Part shown: positions 37,308 to 48,512 of the stretch, in pieces | How the letters are laid out: every line of letters starts with the position of its first letter | Position numbering within the stretch: the stretch's first letter is position 1 | From: Chloroflexota bacterium | Lineage (GTDB): Bacteria > Chloroflexota > Dehalococcoidia > Lucifugimonadales > UBA3495 | DNA: 64,000 bases | Assembly (NCBI GenBank): GCA_027623675.1 | Contig: JAQBVF010000018.1 | Span: 1 to 64,000, forward strand | Direction: 5' to 3' | The notes under the pieces: model-generated | Database searches by the model: none | Told to the model about the DNA's origin: nothing | What the model saw: the letters and a program-made list of their open reading frames with translations, nothing else | Translations under genes and position numbers: made by a program

Positions 37308-38141
37308 CTAACCCCGCGTAAGAAACTCTTTGGCCGTCCTGACGCGGCGGCCCCACCATTCGGGGCCTTCCAGCACGTACTTCCACTCGGGGTTCTGTTG
37401 GGTGTCGCGGAGTCCGGCCATCACTTCCCGGAAGACGGGGGCGTCGGCCTCGGCGAACTCGAAGTACCCAACGAAGTCGTAACTGCCCTCCAAACCGTAA
37501 CCCTCCGGCGCGTGGACCAAGCGGCGGTTGATGCCGGGGACGCCGGCGGCGCTGGCCAGGGCGTGCCCCTTCACCACCATGTTCTCGTTCTCGTCGTAGC
37601 GGGGCAGGAAGAAACTCTCCCGGTGGAGGAAGTCCATCTGCCACCAGGCCTCGGTCTTGTTCATGGGGGTCACGGCGGCCAGGGGGAACTTGTCGCCGGG
37701 TCCGGGCGGCATGGCGTGGGCGTAGGCGAACTGGGTCATGGCGTGGCTGGTGTAGCTGCGGGGCCGCATCACCCCGGCCAGGGTTTCAACCGAGGAGCCA
37801 AAGGGCTCAATCAATTTGCGCAGCTCACTCTCATATTCTCCGATTGGCTCGAATGTGGCGCACTCCAATCTGATCAACCCGTGGGACTCGGACACCGCCG
37901 GGTGAATGATTTGCTGCTCGGATGTCAGCGCGGATTCCGCCCGCAGCAACTGGAACCGCCCCCGTGCAAACGCTTCGTCTGAGGGCGGCCCGTCAACGTC
38001 ATGCACGTTCTCCATGTTTTGGCCAAGCAAATCGATGGCCTCGGCCAGTTTTCCGTCGGACTCACCGTCGCCCAGTGTCACAAACAAGAATAGCTGGTGG
38101 CCGGTGACGGTGGTGGTCATGTTCAGGTCTTGGGGTTGCAT
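37308..38141 (-). CDS. Chlorite dismutase family heme protein
   Basis: PMNK..AWW, proximal His (KGH) with Arg at +13 (INRRL.H), YDF..YFEF, NPEWKYV. Confidence 0.78.
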   Translation of the reverse strand: MQPQDLNMTTTVTGHQLFLFVTLGDGESDGKLAEAIDLLGQNMENVHDVDGPPSDEAFARGRFQLLRAESALTSEQQIIHPAVSESHGLIRLECATFEPIGEYESELRKLIEPFGSSVETLAGVMRPRSYTSHAMTQFAYAHAMPPGPGDKFPLAAVTPMNKTEAWWQMDFLHRESFFLPRYDENENMVVKGHALASAAGVPGINRRLVHAPEGYGLEGSYDFVGYFEFAEADAPVFREVMAGLRDTQQNPEWKYVLEGPEWWGRRVRTAKEFLTRG

Positions 38142-38314
38142 GGTTGGTTTCCCTCACTGGCGGATTCAGGTGACTTCGCATAGGTTATCATCCCCCGCCA
38201 GCCTTGAGAGACCCCCTTGATTAGGGTACGATTGGTGGGCCGCGCCGACCTGGGAACCAAGTTATGTCTTTTGACCCCTTTAATCGGCGGCTCAGCGATC
38301 TTTCGGAGTTGGCC

Positions 38315-39982
<1,668 letters not shown>

Positions 39983-40051
39983 TTCGCGGAGGCTAACCAG
40001 CCTCAAAAGTGTACTGAATGGGTAAATTATGCTTGGTATAAATGGAGAAAT

Positions 40052-41212
40052 GTGATGCCTGATCTGATATTGACCGAAGAGGAGCAGATGCTCCAGACCA
40101 CCCTTCGGGATTTCGTTGACCGGGAGATTGCGCCGAGGGCCAAAGAGAGCGACCAGAAGGGCGAGTTCCAATGGGACAACTGGCGCGGGTTGGCCGATCT
40201 GGGGATGACCGGTCTGGGCATCGACACCAAGTACGGCGGCAGCGGCCCGGCGGGCTACCGACAGGTGTCGCTCGCCGCCGAGGAAGTGGCCCGGGGCGAC
40301 GCTTCAACCAGCGTGAGTTGGCTGGCGCACCTGGCGTTGGGGACGGCCTGCGTGGCCCGGTTCGGCAACGACGAACAGAAAGACCGGCTGCTGACTCCCC
40401 TGGCGTCCGGCGAGGAAGTTGCCGCCTTTGGCCTCACCGAGCCCAGCGGCGGCTCCGATGCGGCGGCGCTGCAGACCACGGCCACCGAACGCGACGGGAC
40501 CTACTTCCTCAACGGCAGCAAGATGTTCATCACCAACGCCTCCGTGGCATCAACCATCGTGGTATTCGCCACTGAGGACCGGTCCAAGGGCTACAAGGGG
40601 ATCAGCGCATTCTTGGTGCGGAAGGACTCGCCGGGGCTGACCATCAACCCGATGCACGGCAAGTTGGGCATGCGCAGTTCCACCACCGATGAAATCGTGT
40701 TCCAGGACACGCCGGTGGGCTCGGAGAACCTGCTGGGCGAGCGGGGCCGTGGTTTCAACCACGCCATGGAGATATTGACCCAGAGCCGAATCATCATTGC
40801 CGCCCAGAGCGTTGGAATCGGCCAGTCGGCCCTGGAGGCTGCGGTGCGGTTCGCCCAGCAGCGGGAGACCTTCGGCAAACCCATCGCCCAGCACCAGGCC
40901 ATACAGTTCATGCTGGCCGACATGGCGGTGGGCGTGCATACGGCAAGGGTGGCCACCATGAACGCGGCGACCTTGATGGACGCCGGCCTGCCCTTCCTGC
41001 AAGAGGCGTCCATCGCCAAGCTGATGGCTTCCGAGATGTGCATCGACGTGGCCAACAAGGCGGTCCAGATCCACGGCGGCGCTGGCTACTTTCAGGAGGC
41101 CGGGGTGGAGCGGATCTTCCGGGACGCCCGGGTGACCACCATCTATGAGGGGACTTCGGAAGTGCAACGGCTGTTGATCGCCCGGCAATTGATGGAGCAG
41201 TATCCGGTATAG
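40052..41212 (+). CDS. Acyl-CoA dehydrogenase
   Basis: FGLTEP.GGSD, LNGSKMFITN, KLGMRSS.T, QIHGG.GY, IYEGTSEVQR. Confidence 0.95.
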   Translation: MMPDLILTEEEQMLQTTLRDFVDREIAPRAKESDQKGEFQWDNWRGLADLGMTGLGIDTKYGGSGPAGYRQVSLAAEEVARGDASTSVSWLAHLALGTACVARFGNDEQKDRLLTPLASGEEVAAFGLTEPSGGSDAAALQTTATERDGTYFLNGSKMFITNASVASTIVVFATEDRSKGYKGISAFLVRKDSPGLTINPMHGKLGMRSSTTDEIVFQDTPVGSENLLGERGRGFNHAMEILTQSRIIIAAQSVGIGQSALEAAVRFAQQRETFGKPIAQHQAIQFMLADMAVGVHTARVATMNAATLMDAGLPFLQEASIAKLMASEMCIDVANKAVQIHGGAGYFQEAGVERIFRDARVTTIYEGTSEVQRLLIARQLMEQYPV

Positions 41213-41354
41213 GGGCGGGCGCATGCCTTGGTGAGAGTAGCCGGATGAATGACGACGCTCTGGCACCAGCCCTCCCTTCCCGTCTGCGCGCGCACGACTA
41301 TAAAGGCGGTTTGGGCCTGGTGTCGGACCACTTTGATTGGAGATGACCTGAAGC

Positions 41355-41774
41355 GTGACTGAGGTTTGTACGGTTAATCACATCGACCACGTGGGCGTGG
41401 CCGTGAATGACATTGAGGCGGCGTTGGCTTTCTTTAAGAAGGTGTTCGACGTCCCGGACGCGGAGATCGTTTTGATGGAGGACCAGGGCGTCCGGGCCAC
41501 GTTGATCGAGGTTGGGCAGACCCGGCTGGAACTGTTGGAGCCGACCAGCCCCGAATCCGGGGTCGGCCGCTTCATCGGACGCCGGGGTGAGGGCCTGCAC
41601 CATCTGGCATTCAACGTGACCGACATCTCGGGGAAGCTGCAAACGCTGAAGACCCTGGGGGTGGACCTGATCGACCAGAGTCCCAGGGAGGGTTTGTCGG
41701 GCACCATTGCCTTCGTTCATCCGAGGTCGGTGTTTGGCATCTTGACCGAGCTGGTGGAGTCGGTTCCGGAGTAG
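41355..41774 (+). CDS. mce: Methylmalonyl-CoA epimerase
   Basis: IDHVGVAV, LELLEP, GEGLHHLAF.V, AFVHP...G.L.ELVE; mutase operon context. Confidence 0.92.
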   Translation: MTEVCTVNHIDHVGVAVNDIEAALAFFKKVFDVPDAEIVLMEDQGVRATLIEVGQTRLELLEPTSPESGVGRFIGRRGEGLHHLAFNVTDISGKLQTLKTLGVDLIDQSPREGLSGTIAFVHPRSVFGILTELVESVPE

Positions 41775-42001
41775 GTTTCTTGGCCGGGATATACCCGGTC
41801 GTTCGATGGGGTCTTTCCAAGTAATGTGAACTTCGTCGACCAACCGCCAGGGGTGGGCCCGGCTTTTCTTGACCCGGGACCAGACCGGTGCGCGTCTTTC
41901 GAGGGCCTCGGGAAGAGCGGCGAGATTGGCGCTGGGCCAATAATAGAAAGGTTCTGGGCAGTCCAAGTCAATGATTGAAAATAACGGAAATGTAGAGAGA
42001 G

Positions 42002-42418
42002 ATGCAGGATAGAAACCGCCCAATCAGAGTGCTAGTGGCGAAACCGGGGCTTGACGGACACGACCGGGGCGCCAAGGTGATTGCCCGGGCGCTTCGTGAC
42101 GCCGGCATGGAAGTGATCTACACCGGCATCAGGCAGAGTCCGCAGATGATAACCCAGGCCGCGTCGCAAGAAGACGTCGACGTTATCGGGCTCAGCATCC
42201 TGTCGGGCGCTCACCTTGAGATACTGCCCGAGATCATGAGCCTCATGCGGGAACAGGGCATGGAGGACGTGATCGTGGTTGTGGGCGGGATAATTCCGGA
42301 GGTGGACCGCCAGCCCTTGAAGGACCTGGGTATATCCGAGGTCTTTGGACCTGGGACCTCCACCGGGGAAATCGTGGAATATATACGAGAGAGCGCTAAG
42401 GACCGCGCCGGGGCGTGA
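42002..42418 (+). CDS. Methylmalonyl-CoA mutase B12-binding (small) subunit
   Basis: [11 protein letters not shown] (DxHxxG), [14 protein letters not shown]. Confidence 0.95.
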   Translation: MQDRNRPIRVLVAKPGLDGHDRGAKVIARALRDAGMEVIYTGIRQSPQMITQAASQEDVDVIGLSILSGAHLEILPEIMSLMREQGMEDVIVVVGGIIPEVDRQPLKDLGISEVFGPGTSTGEIVEYIRESAKDRAGA

Positions 42419-42623
42419 TCGGGCATTTTCGGGGCCGCCCGCTCGCCATATCACCGGTGACGGGAGGACATGACCGGGCCGGTTCGTGCGGTTAACATAA
42501 TCGGTGCCGCCACACCTGGGGAATGACCGACTCTTGACAGCCAACCATGAGGGCAAACTATAATTACCATCGCTCCATAGTGGGGCGTGGACGAGGGCCA
42601 TCAACAGAGTGTGAGCAGGCTCA

Positions 42624-43148
42624 ATGCAGTACAACTTGGCTCAGTTGTTGAAGGAGCCTACGGGTTCGTGGCGAGAGTACGAGGTAGACGAACCAATCAC
42701 GGGTCCTGAGGACGGCGCAGACCGTGCCCGAGGGCGGGTCGAGGTGATTCGAACCCATCAGGGTTTGGTCGTCCGGGCCAGCCTGGAGACCCAGGTCAAG
42801 TTGACCTGCGGCAGGTGCCTCAAGGGGTTCGAGTACAGTTCCGTTTTAACGCTGGAAGAAGAGTCCTTTCCGATCAATGACCCGGGGCCGGGTGAAGAGT
42901 CAGAATCTTCGGCAGAACCGGACGACGTGATCTATCTGGATGCCGATCATGTTCTGGACATGGATGACGTAGTTCGTCAGTATGTTCTCACCGGTGTACC
43001 GATGAAACCTTTATGTCGAGATGGGTGTCTGGGCCTCTGCCCGGAGTGCGGGAGCGACCTAAACGAGGAAAAATGTAAATGTAACACAGCTCTAGTTGAC
43101 CCCCGATGGGGGGCGTTGGCAGAGCTGTTAACCGAGGGGCGGGAATAA
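42624..43148 (+). CDS. DUF177/YceD family protein
   Basis: C.RCL, P.KPLC...C.GLCP.CG, DPRW..L; lies upstream of rpmF. Confidence 0.92.
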   Translation: MQYNLAQLLKEPTGSWREYEVDEPITGPEDGADRARGRVEVIRTHQGLVVRASLETQVKLTCGRCLKGFEYSSVLTLEEESFPINDPGPGEESESSAEPDDVIYLDADHVLDMDDVVRQYVLTGVPMKPLCRDGCLGLCPECGSDLNEEKCKCNTALVDPRWGALAELLTEGRE

Positions 43149-43449
43149 CCGGTGTTCTCTTTCTTATAGCCTTATGGGGCGGCGCAACCCCTACTGAGTA
43201 AACGCCGAATAAGCAAACGCCGAAAATAACTATCCGTCTGATTGCGTTCGTCCGGTGACTTCGCATCTGTAATTCGGCCTAATACGCAGAACCGAACCGG
43301 TCTCCCCTCTCAAAAACACCCCTATACGGGAAAAGTGTACGTCATCGCGTATGCCTGGTAGAATTACCGGCGGATATTCGTTTTGCGCAAGGTGCGCGGC
43401 GTGCGTGGCGCCTCAGCCAGCAGACCAATCAAAAAGGACGTGACCAATC

Positions 43450-43632
43450 ATGGGTGCGGTACCCAGAAAGAAATTAACCAGGGCCAGAAAAGGGCGACGG
43501 CTAGCCTCGTATAGGCTCAGCCCCCTGCATCCAGCTTTGTGCCCCCGTTGCCGCAGCGCCAAGCTGCCGCACGTTGTCTGCCGTCAGTGCGGTTTTTACC
43601 GCGGACGCCAGGTGCTAGAGGAGAAGGTCTAA
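43450..43632 (+). CDS. rpmF: 50S ribosomal protein L32
   Basis: AVPRKK.T.AR..RR, CP.C...LPH.VC..CGFY.GR. Confidence 0.95.
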   Translation: MGAVPRKKLTRARKGRRLASYRLSPLHPALCPRCRSAKLPHVVCRQCGFYRGRQVLEEKV

Positions 43633-43817
43633 CTGGCACTATCAACCGAGCCCGGAGGATCGCGTTAGCAGGCCGCCGGTTGGGATAGTCCGATCTTTGA
43701 CCGAATAGTTATGTCCGATAAGCATCAAAAAAGGGGAATAGAGGAGTGGATTTCAGGTTGTATTTTTTTGGCGCAGTGTCCTAAAATCCATGGGATGTCG
43801 AATTACGGCCTTAAATC

Positions 43818-44777
43818 GTGGAGGTAGCTACGAGTACCGAAGATGTGAATAACCGAGCGTATGTGTTCCCTGGACAGGGGTCGCAAAGCGTGGGTATGGG
43901 AGCTGAACTCTTCGAATCGTCTCAAGCTGCGCGTGAAACCTTTGAAGAGGCCAACGATAGCTTGGGATTCCCGCTCTCGCGTCTGATATTTGAGGGGCCG
44001 GCCCAAGAGCTTCAGAACACAGCGAATTCCCAACCGGCGATCATGACCATGAGCATCGCCGCTTGGCGGACCTGGCAGGAGATGCAGGGTTCCAAAGCAA
44101 TGCAAGCCAAGGCGGTCGCGGGCCACAGCCTGGGTGAATACACCTCCCTTGTGGCGGCTGGCGTCATCGACTTTTCCGATGCCGTTAGGCTGGTCCGCAA
44201 GCGGGGCGAACTGATGAACCAGGCCGCGGTCAACCGCCCGGGCGCCATGGCGGCCATACTGGGGCTGAACGAGCTGGCCTTTGAGCAGATCTGCGACGAG
44301 ACCGGCGTGGAACTGGCGAATATAAACACCGATGATCAGATAGTGATCAGCGGTGATAAGATTGCGGTAGCACGGGCGATGGACTTGGCCTCGGCCCGCG
44401 GCGCTAAGAAGACCATTCCTCTGCCGGTTAGCGGGGCGTTCCATTCCTCGCTGATGGAAGAGGCTAAAGAAGGACTGGCCCATGCGGTCAGGTCTCTTGA
44501 CTTCAAAAACCCCAAGATGCCAGTGGTTGGCAACTGCGATTCCCGGCCGTTGTCCACCGGCGATGAGATACGCGCCGAGTTGGTAAATGGCCTCTGCCAG
44601 TGTGTCCAGTGGAAAGATTCGGTCCGCCACCTAGTTGGTTCTGGGGTAACCCAGTTCGTGGAGTTTGGCTCCGGTGGTGTTCTGGCAGGCCTGATTAAAA
44701 GAATCGACCGAGGCGTAAAGGTTTCCACCGTGTCAGATACCGCTTCCATGCGGAAACTGGCGGAGAGTGGAGATTAG
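43818..44777 (+). CDS. fabD: Malonyl-CoA:ACP transacylase
   Basis: FPGQGSQ, GHSLGEY, LPVSGAFHS; exact start uncertain. Confidence 0.95.
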   Translation: MEVATSTEDVNNRAYVFPGQGSQSVGMGAELFESSQAARETFEEANDSLGFPLSRLIFEGPAQELQNTANSQPAIMTMSIAAWRTWQEMQGSKAMQAKAVAGHSLGEYTSLVAAGVIDFSDAVRLVRKRGELMNQAAVNRPGAMAAILGLNELAFEQICDETGVELANINTDDQIVISGDKIAVARAMDLASARGAKKTIPLPVSGAFHSSLMEEAKEGLAHAVRSLDFKNPKMPVVGNCDSRPLSTGDEIRAELVNGLCQCVQWKDSVRHLVGSGVTQFVEFGSGGVLAGLIKRIDRGVKVSTVSDTASMRKLAESGD

Positions 44778-44802
44778 ACCGCTCGGTTTTTGACGGTGAC
44801 CC

Positions 44803-45267
44803 ATGGATAGGGTTCTATACACTGACCTAAGGCGACAATCACGAACGGCGGCGTTGCAATCCTTGTTTGCGGCCGATGTGCGGGGTATCTGGGTGGACCC
44901 GCCATTGGAATGGCTAGATGAGGACGAAGACCTGCCGGAAGATTCCATAGAGTTCGCAGAAGACCTGCTGGGCGGCGTTTCTAACAGCCGCCCCGGGTTG
45001 GACAATGTGATCACTCGCTACGCTCCGGCGTGGCCGGTGAGCCAATTGTCAGTCATTGACCGCAACATCCTACGCATTGCGCTATTTGAACTGATATACA
45101 CCCCTGCGACACCCAGAAAAACGGCCATCAACGAGGCGGTTGAATTGGCGAAAATCTTTGGCAGCGAGAGCTCGGCCAGGTTCATCAACGGAGTCTTAGG
45201 CTCCGCCATGTCTGAACTGGAATCGGGCGAGATCGCCACCATTGAGCCGGTGCCCGAAGGGAGATGA
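44803..45267 (+). CDS. nusB: Transcription antitermination factor NusB
   Basis: [24 protein letters not shown]...S.RFINGVLG. Confidence 0.95.
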   Translation: MDRVLYTDLRRQSRTAALQSLFAADVRGIWVDPPLEWLDEDEDLPEDSIEFAEDLLGGVSNSRPGLDNVITRYAPAWPVSQLSVIDRNILRIALFELIYTPATPRKTAINEAVELAKIFGSESSARFINGVLGSAMSELESGEIATIEPVPEGR

Positions 45268-45271
45268 AGGA

Positions 45272-45529
45272 TTGACCACTGTATACGACAGAGTAAAAAC
45301 CATCGTGGTCGATAAGTTGGGAGTTGACGAGGACGCGGTAACCGAGTCTGCGTCGTTCGTGGAAAACCTTAATGCAGACTCCCTCGACCTGGTGGAGCTT
45401 ATAATGGCGTTCGAAGAGGAATTCTCCACAGACGATTCTCAAATGGAGATATCCGACGAAGACGCTGCCAAGATAGCGACGGTCAAAGATGCCGTGAATT
45501 ACCTGAAGGAACACGGTATCAACGACTAG
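45272..45529 (+). CDS. acpP: Acyl carrier protein
   Basis: [21 protein letters not shown] start after an AAGGA RBS. Confidence 0.95.
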   Translation: MTTVYDRVKTIVVDKLGVDEDAVTESASFVENLNADSLDLVELIMAFEEEFSTDDSQMEISDEDAAKIATVKDAVNYLKEHGIND

Positions 45530-45896
45530 GTTTTTACCGGCCCGGTGCCTGGCTGTTGGGGATGCGGTGTGGCGGTGGTGGGGCCAAATCTTCGGATCAT
45601 CACCTCTGAACACGCCTTTTTCCCATTTCCCTCGGCTCGTCTCGATTTTCCTGTTGCCGGCCGTTCGTTCTATCCGCTGGCAAACTTAACATAACAGGGA
45701 AAAATGCTGGTTACTGCTCTTAGATCGGCTGATTGCTAGAGAGATTCCAGAGTAAAAAGGTATTCGATGCCGTAGTGGACCCCGGCTGAGGTTCACGGTT
45801 CCGGCCCGGCATGACGCCATTGGCAGCCCATCTCAATAGTGTGAGGGACCGCTCACCCCAGTTGGCTAACTTAGTCTAACCGGGAGGTTTGGATCC

Positions 45897-46700
45897 ATGA
45901 CTGCGAGTGCGGGGGACGGCGCCTACGCCGATGCGACCTCCGGCATGCCCACTGGAATGGAAACGCTGGACCAGGTCGCTGCCTTGGTCAGAGGGTGTCA
46001 AGGATGCTCGCTGGCCGGAGGCCGCACCAATGCGGTGCCCGGCGAAGGAAATCCGAAGGCCGATGTTATGTTCATCGGCGAGGGGCCGGGAGCCCAGGAA
46101 GACCGGCAGGGACGCCCCTTCGTTGGCCCCGCAGGAAAGCTGCTTGACGGATTGCTCGCGTCCATGGGCGCCAACCGCCAAGACGTGTTCATCGCCAACA
46201 TGGTCAAGTGCCGCCCTCCCGGCAACCGCGACCCCGCGCCGGCGGAGCTGGCAGCCTGCACCAAGTACCTTGACCGGCAGGTAGAGTTGGTCAACCCCAA
46301 ACTCATCGTTACCCTGGGCCGGTTCGCGTTCAACCGGTACTTCCCCGGCGAGGGCATCACCAAGGCTCGCGGGAAGCTGAGGGAGATAGGCGACCGCAAG
46401 ATTTTCCCTGTGCTGCACCCGGCCGCAGTGTTGCGCCGGGATGAGCTTAGGCCCACAATGGTAAAAGACTTCGAAGCGATCGCAGAGATATTGGCGGAGG
46501 GGCCAAAGGACACCGAAAAGGGTCCGGGAGGAGTCCAGACCAACCGCGTCATTCCCGCGACTCCCCAGGCTACCCAGTTGTCTTTGATGGACGCGCCAGA
46601 TCCGGCCGCCTTTCTGGCGCCGGTGGAAGCGCTGGCCCCCGAGATACCGGCCGACGCGAAAGAGGGACCGCTCAGCCCTGAGCAGTTGACCCTCTTTTAG
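45897..46700 (+). CDS. Uracil-DNA glycosylase family 4 with low-complexity C-terminal tail
   Basis: C..C.L, GEGPG..ED..G.PFVG.AG, N.VKCRPP.NR, HPA. Confidence 0.93.
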   Translation: MTASAGDGAYADATSGMPTGMETLDQVAALVRGCQGCSLAGGRTNAVPGEGNPKADVMFIGEGPGAQEDRQGRPFVGPAGKLLDGLLASMGANRQDVFIANMVKCRPPGNRDPAPAELAACTKYLDRQVELVNPKLIVTLGRFAFNRYFPGEGITKARGKLREIGDRKIFPVLHPAAVLRRDELRPTMVKDFEAIAEILAEGPKDTEKGPGGVQTNRVIPATPQATQLSLMDAPDPAAFLAPVEALAPEIPADAKEGPLSPEQLTLF

Positions 46701-46802
46701 ATCGCAATAAGAAGCAACCCGGCCCGGTTGGTTGACCTTGGTTTACACCAGAGGTCCAACCCCGGTTTCTGCCGGGCATTACATATAGGAACGAAAAATA
46801 CG

Positions 46803-48461
46803 GTGACATCTTCGCTACGCGTAATTCCCCTGGGAGGTCTCGGGGAGATCGGCAAAAATATGATGGCCCTGGAGTATGAAGACGATATCGTGATCGTCGA
46901 CTGCGGGGTCCAATTCCCTGATGACGGCATGTTTGGGGTGGACCTGATCATCCCCGACATCTCCTACCTGATGGACCGGATAGACAAGGTCCGCGCCATC
47001 CTCATCACCCACGGTCACGAAGACCACATCGGCGCATTGCCGTTCATCCTGCCCCAGTTGAAGGTTCCGGTTTACGCCCCGCGCTTGGCCCACGGACTGA
47101 TCACCGCCAAGTTGAAAGAGCGGCGGGCGGCCCGCTACAGCGTGGTGAACCCCATCGACCCCGGCGTGATTCACCACATCGGTGACGCCTTCGAGGTGTC
47201 ATGGTTCCGGGTGTGTCACAGCATCCCCGACGCCATGGGCATCGCCATCGGGACGCCGTTGGGCACCGTGATCCACACCGGTGACTTCAAAATTGACCAC
47301 ACCCCGGTGGACGGCCGAATCTTCGACCTGCCCTCCCTGTCCCACTATGGGGACGACGGCGTTCTGCTGCTCTGCTCCGACTCGACCTATGCTGAGGTCC
47401 CCGGTTATACAACTTCGGAGCGGGTTGTGGGAGAGGCCCTAGACCGGGCCATCGGAGAGGCGGAAGGGAGGGTAATGGTCGCCACCTTCGCGTCGTTGGT
47501 ATCCAGGGTCCAACAGGTTGTCGACGCCGCGGTGAAGTACGACCGCAAGGTAAGCATCGTTGGCCGAAGCATGGTAGACACCGTGAAAGTGTCCACCGAT
47601 CTGGGCTACCTGACGCTGCCCCCGGGTGTTCTGGTGCCGCTGGCCGAAACCAGGAAGCTGCCTCCGGAGAAAGTGGTCCTGATGACCACGGGCAGCCAGG
47701 GGGAGCCGACCTCGGCCCTGGTGCGCATCGCCAAGCAAGAGCACCGCGACGTGAATATCGTGGCCGGAGACACCGTCATAATCTCGGCCACGCCCATCCC
47801 GGGCAACGAACTGCCGGTGAGCCGCACCATCGACAACCTGCTGCGTCAGGGCGCCAAGGTGCTCTACGACCGCATCGCCACCGTCCATGTGCACGGTCAC
47901 GCCAGTCAGGAAGAACTCAAGCTGGTCTTGCGCCTGGTGCGGCCTCGCTATTTCGTGCCGGTCCATGGTGAATTCCGGCATCTTACCGCCCATGCCCAAC
48001 TAGCCTGGGACCTGGATGTGGCCAAAGACGGCATATTCGTCTTGGAAGACGGCGATGTGCTGGAGTTGTCGGAGAGCGGCGGCAAGATGGGCGAACGCGT
48101 CTCGGCCGGTCCGATCTACGTGGACGGTCTGACCACCCGGGACACCCAGAGCCCGGTCCTCAGCCAGCGGCGCACCCTCTCCCAGGATGGAGTGGTCGTT
48201 GTGGTGGCGACCAAAGACAAGAAGCAAGGCGTGCTGTTGGGCCAGCCGACGGCGGTAACCAGCGGATTTTTGGATGACTCGGAAACGGGCACTCTCTTAG
48301 ATGACTTGTGCGCGGCGGTGGCCAAGGAATTGAACGCCAGCGACATCAGTCACGAGGGAATCGACGATTTAAAGGCAAAAGTCAGAGAAACTGCCCGAAG
48401 CTTCATAGCTGGCGCCGCGCGGCGTTCACCTATGATAATCCCAGTGGTTTTGGAGGTTTAG
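46803..48461 (+). CDS. rnj: Ribonuclease J
   Basis: PLGGLGEIGKNM, THGHEDHIG, HSIPD, HTGDFK, TGSQGEP, HV.GH. Confidence 0.96.
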   Translation: MTSSLRVIPLGGLGEIGKNMMALEYEDDIVIVDCGVQFPDDGMFGVDLIIPDISYLMDRIDKVRAILITHGHEDHIGALPFILPQLKVPVYAPRLAHGLITAKLKERRAARYSVVNPIDPGVIHHIGDAFEVSWFRVCHSIPDAMGIAIGTPLGTVIHTGDFKIDHTPVDGRIFDLPSLSHYGDDGVLLLCSDSTYAEVPGYTTSERVVGEALDRAIGEAEGRVMVATFASLVSRVQQVVDAAVKYDRKVSIVGRSMVDTVKVSTDLGYLTLPPGVLVPLAETRKLPPEKVVLMTTGSQGEPTSALVRIAKQEHRDVNIVAGDTVIISATPIPGNELPVSRTIDNLLRQGAKVLYDRIATVHVHGHASQEELKLVLRLVRPRYFVPVHGEFRHLTAHAQLAWDLDVAKDGIFVLEDGDVLELSESGGKMGERVSAGPIYVDGLTTRDTQSPVLSQRRTLSQDGVVVVVATKDKKQGVLLGQPTAVTSGFLDDSETGTLLDDLCAAVAKELNASDISHEGIDDLKAKVRETARSFIAGAARRSPMIIPVVLEV

Positions 48462-48512
48462 TCCAGCCACTCGCCGGATACCGGCCAAAGTAACTGCCAC
48501 TGGAGGGATATA

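Noticed and set aside
41775..42001. Cobalamin riboswitch within the mutase operon or before the BtuF-like gene
   Set aside because: No recognisable B12-box or conserved core could be read by eye; an Rfam scan would be decisive.
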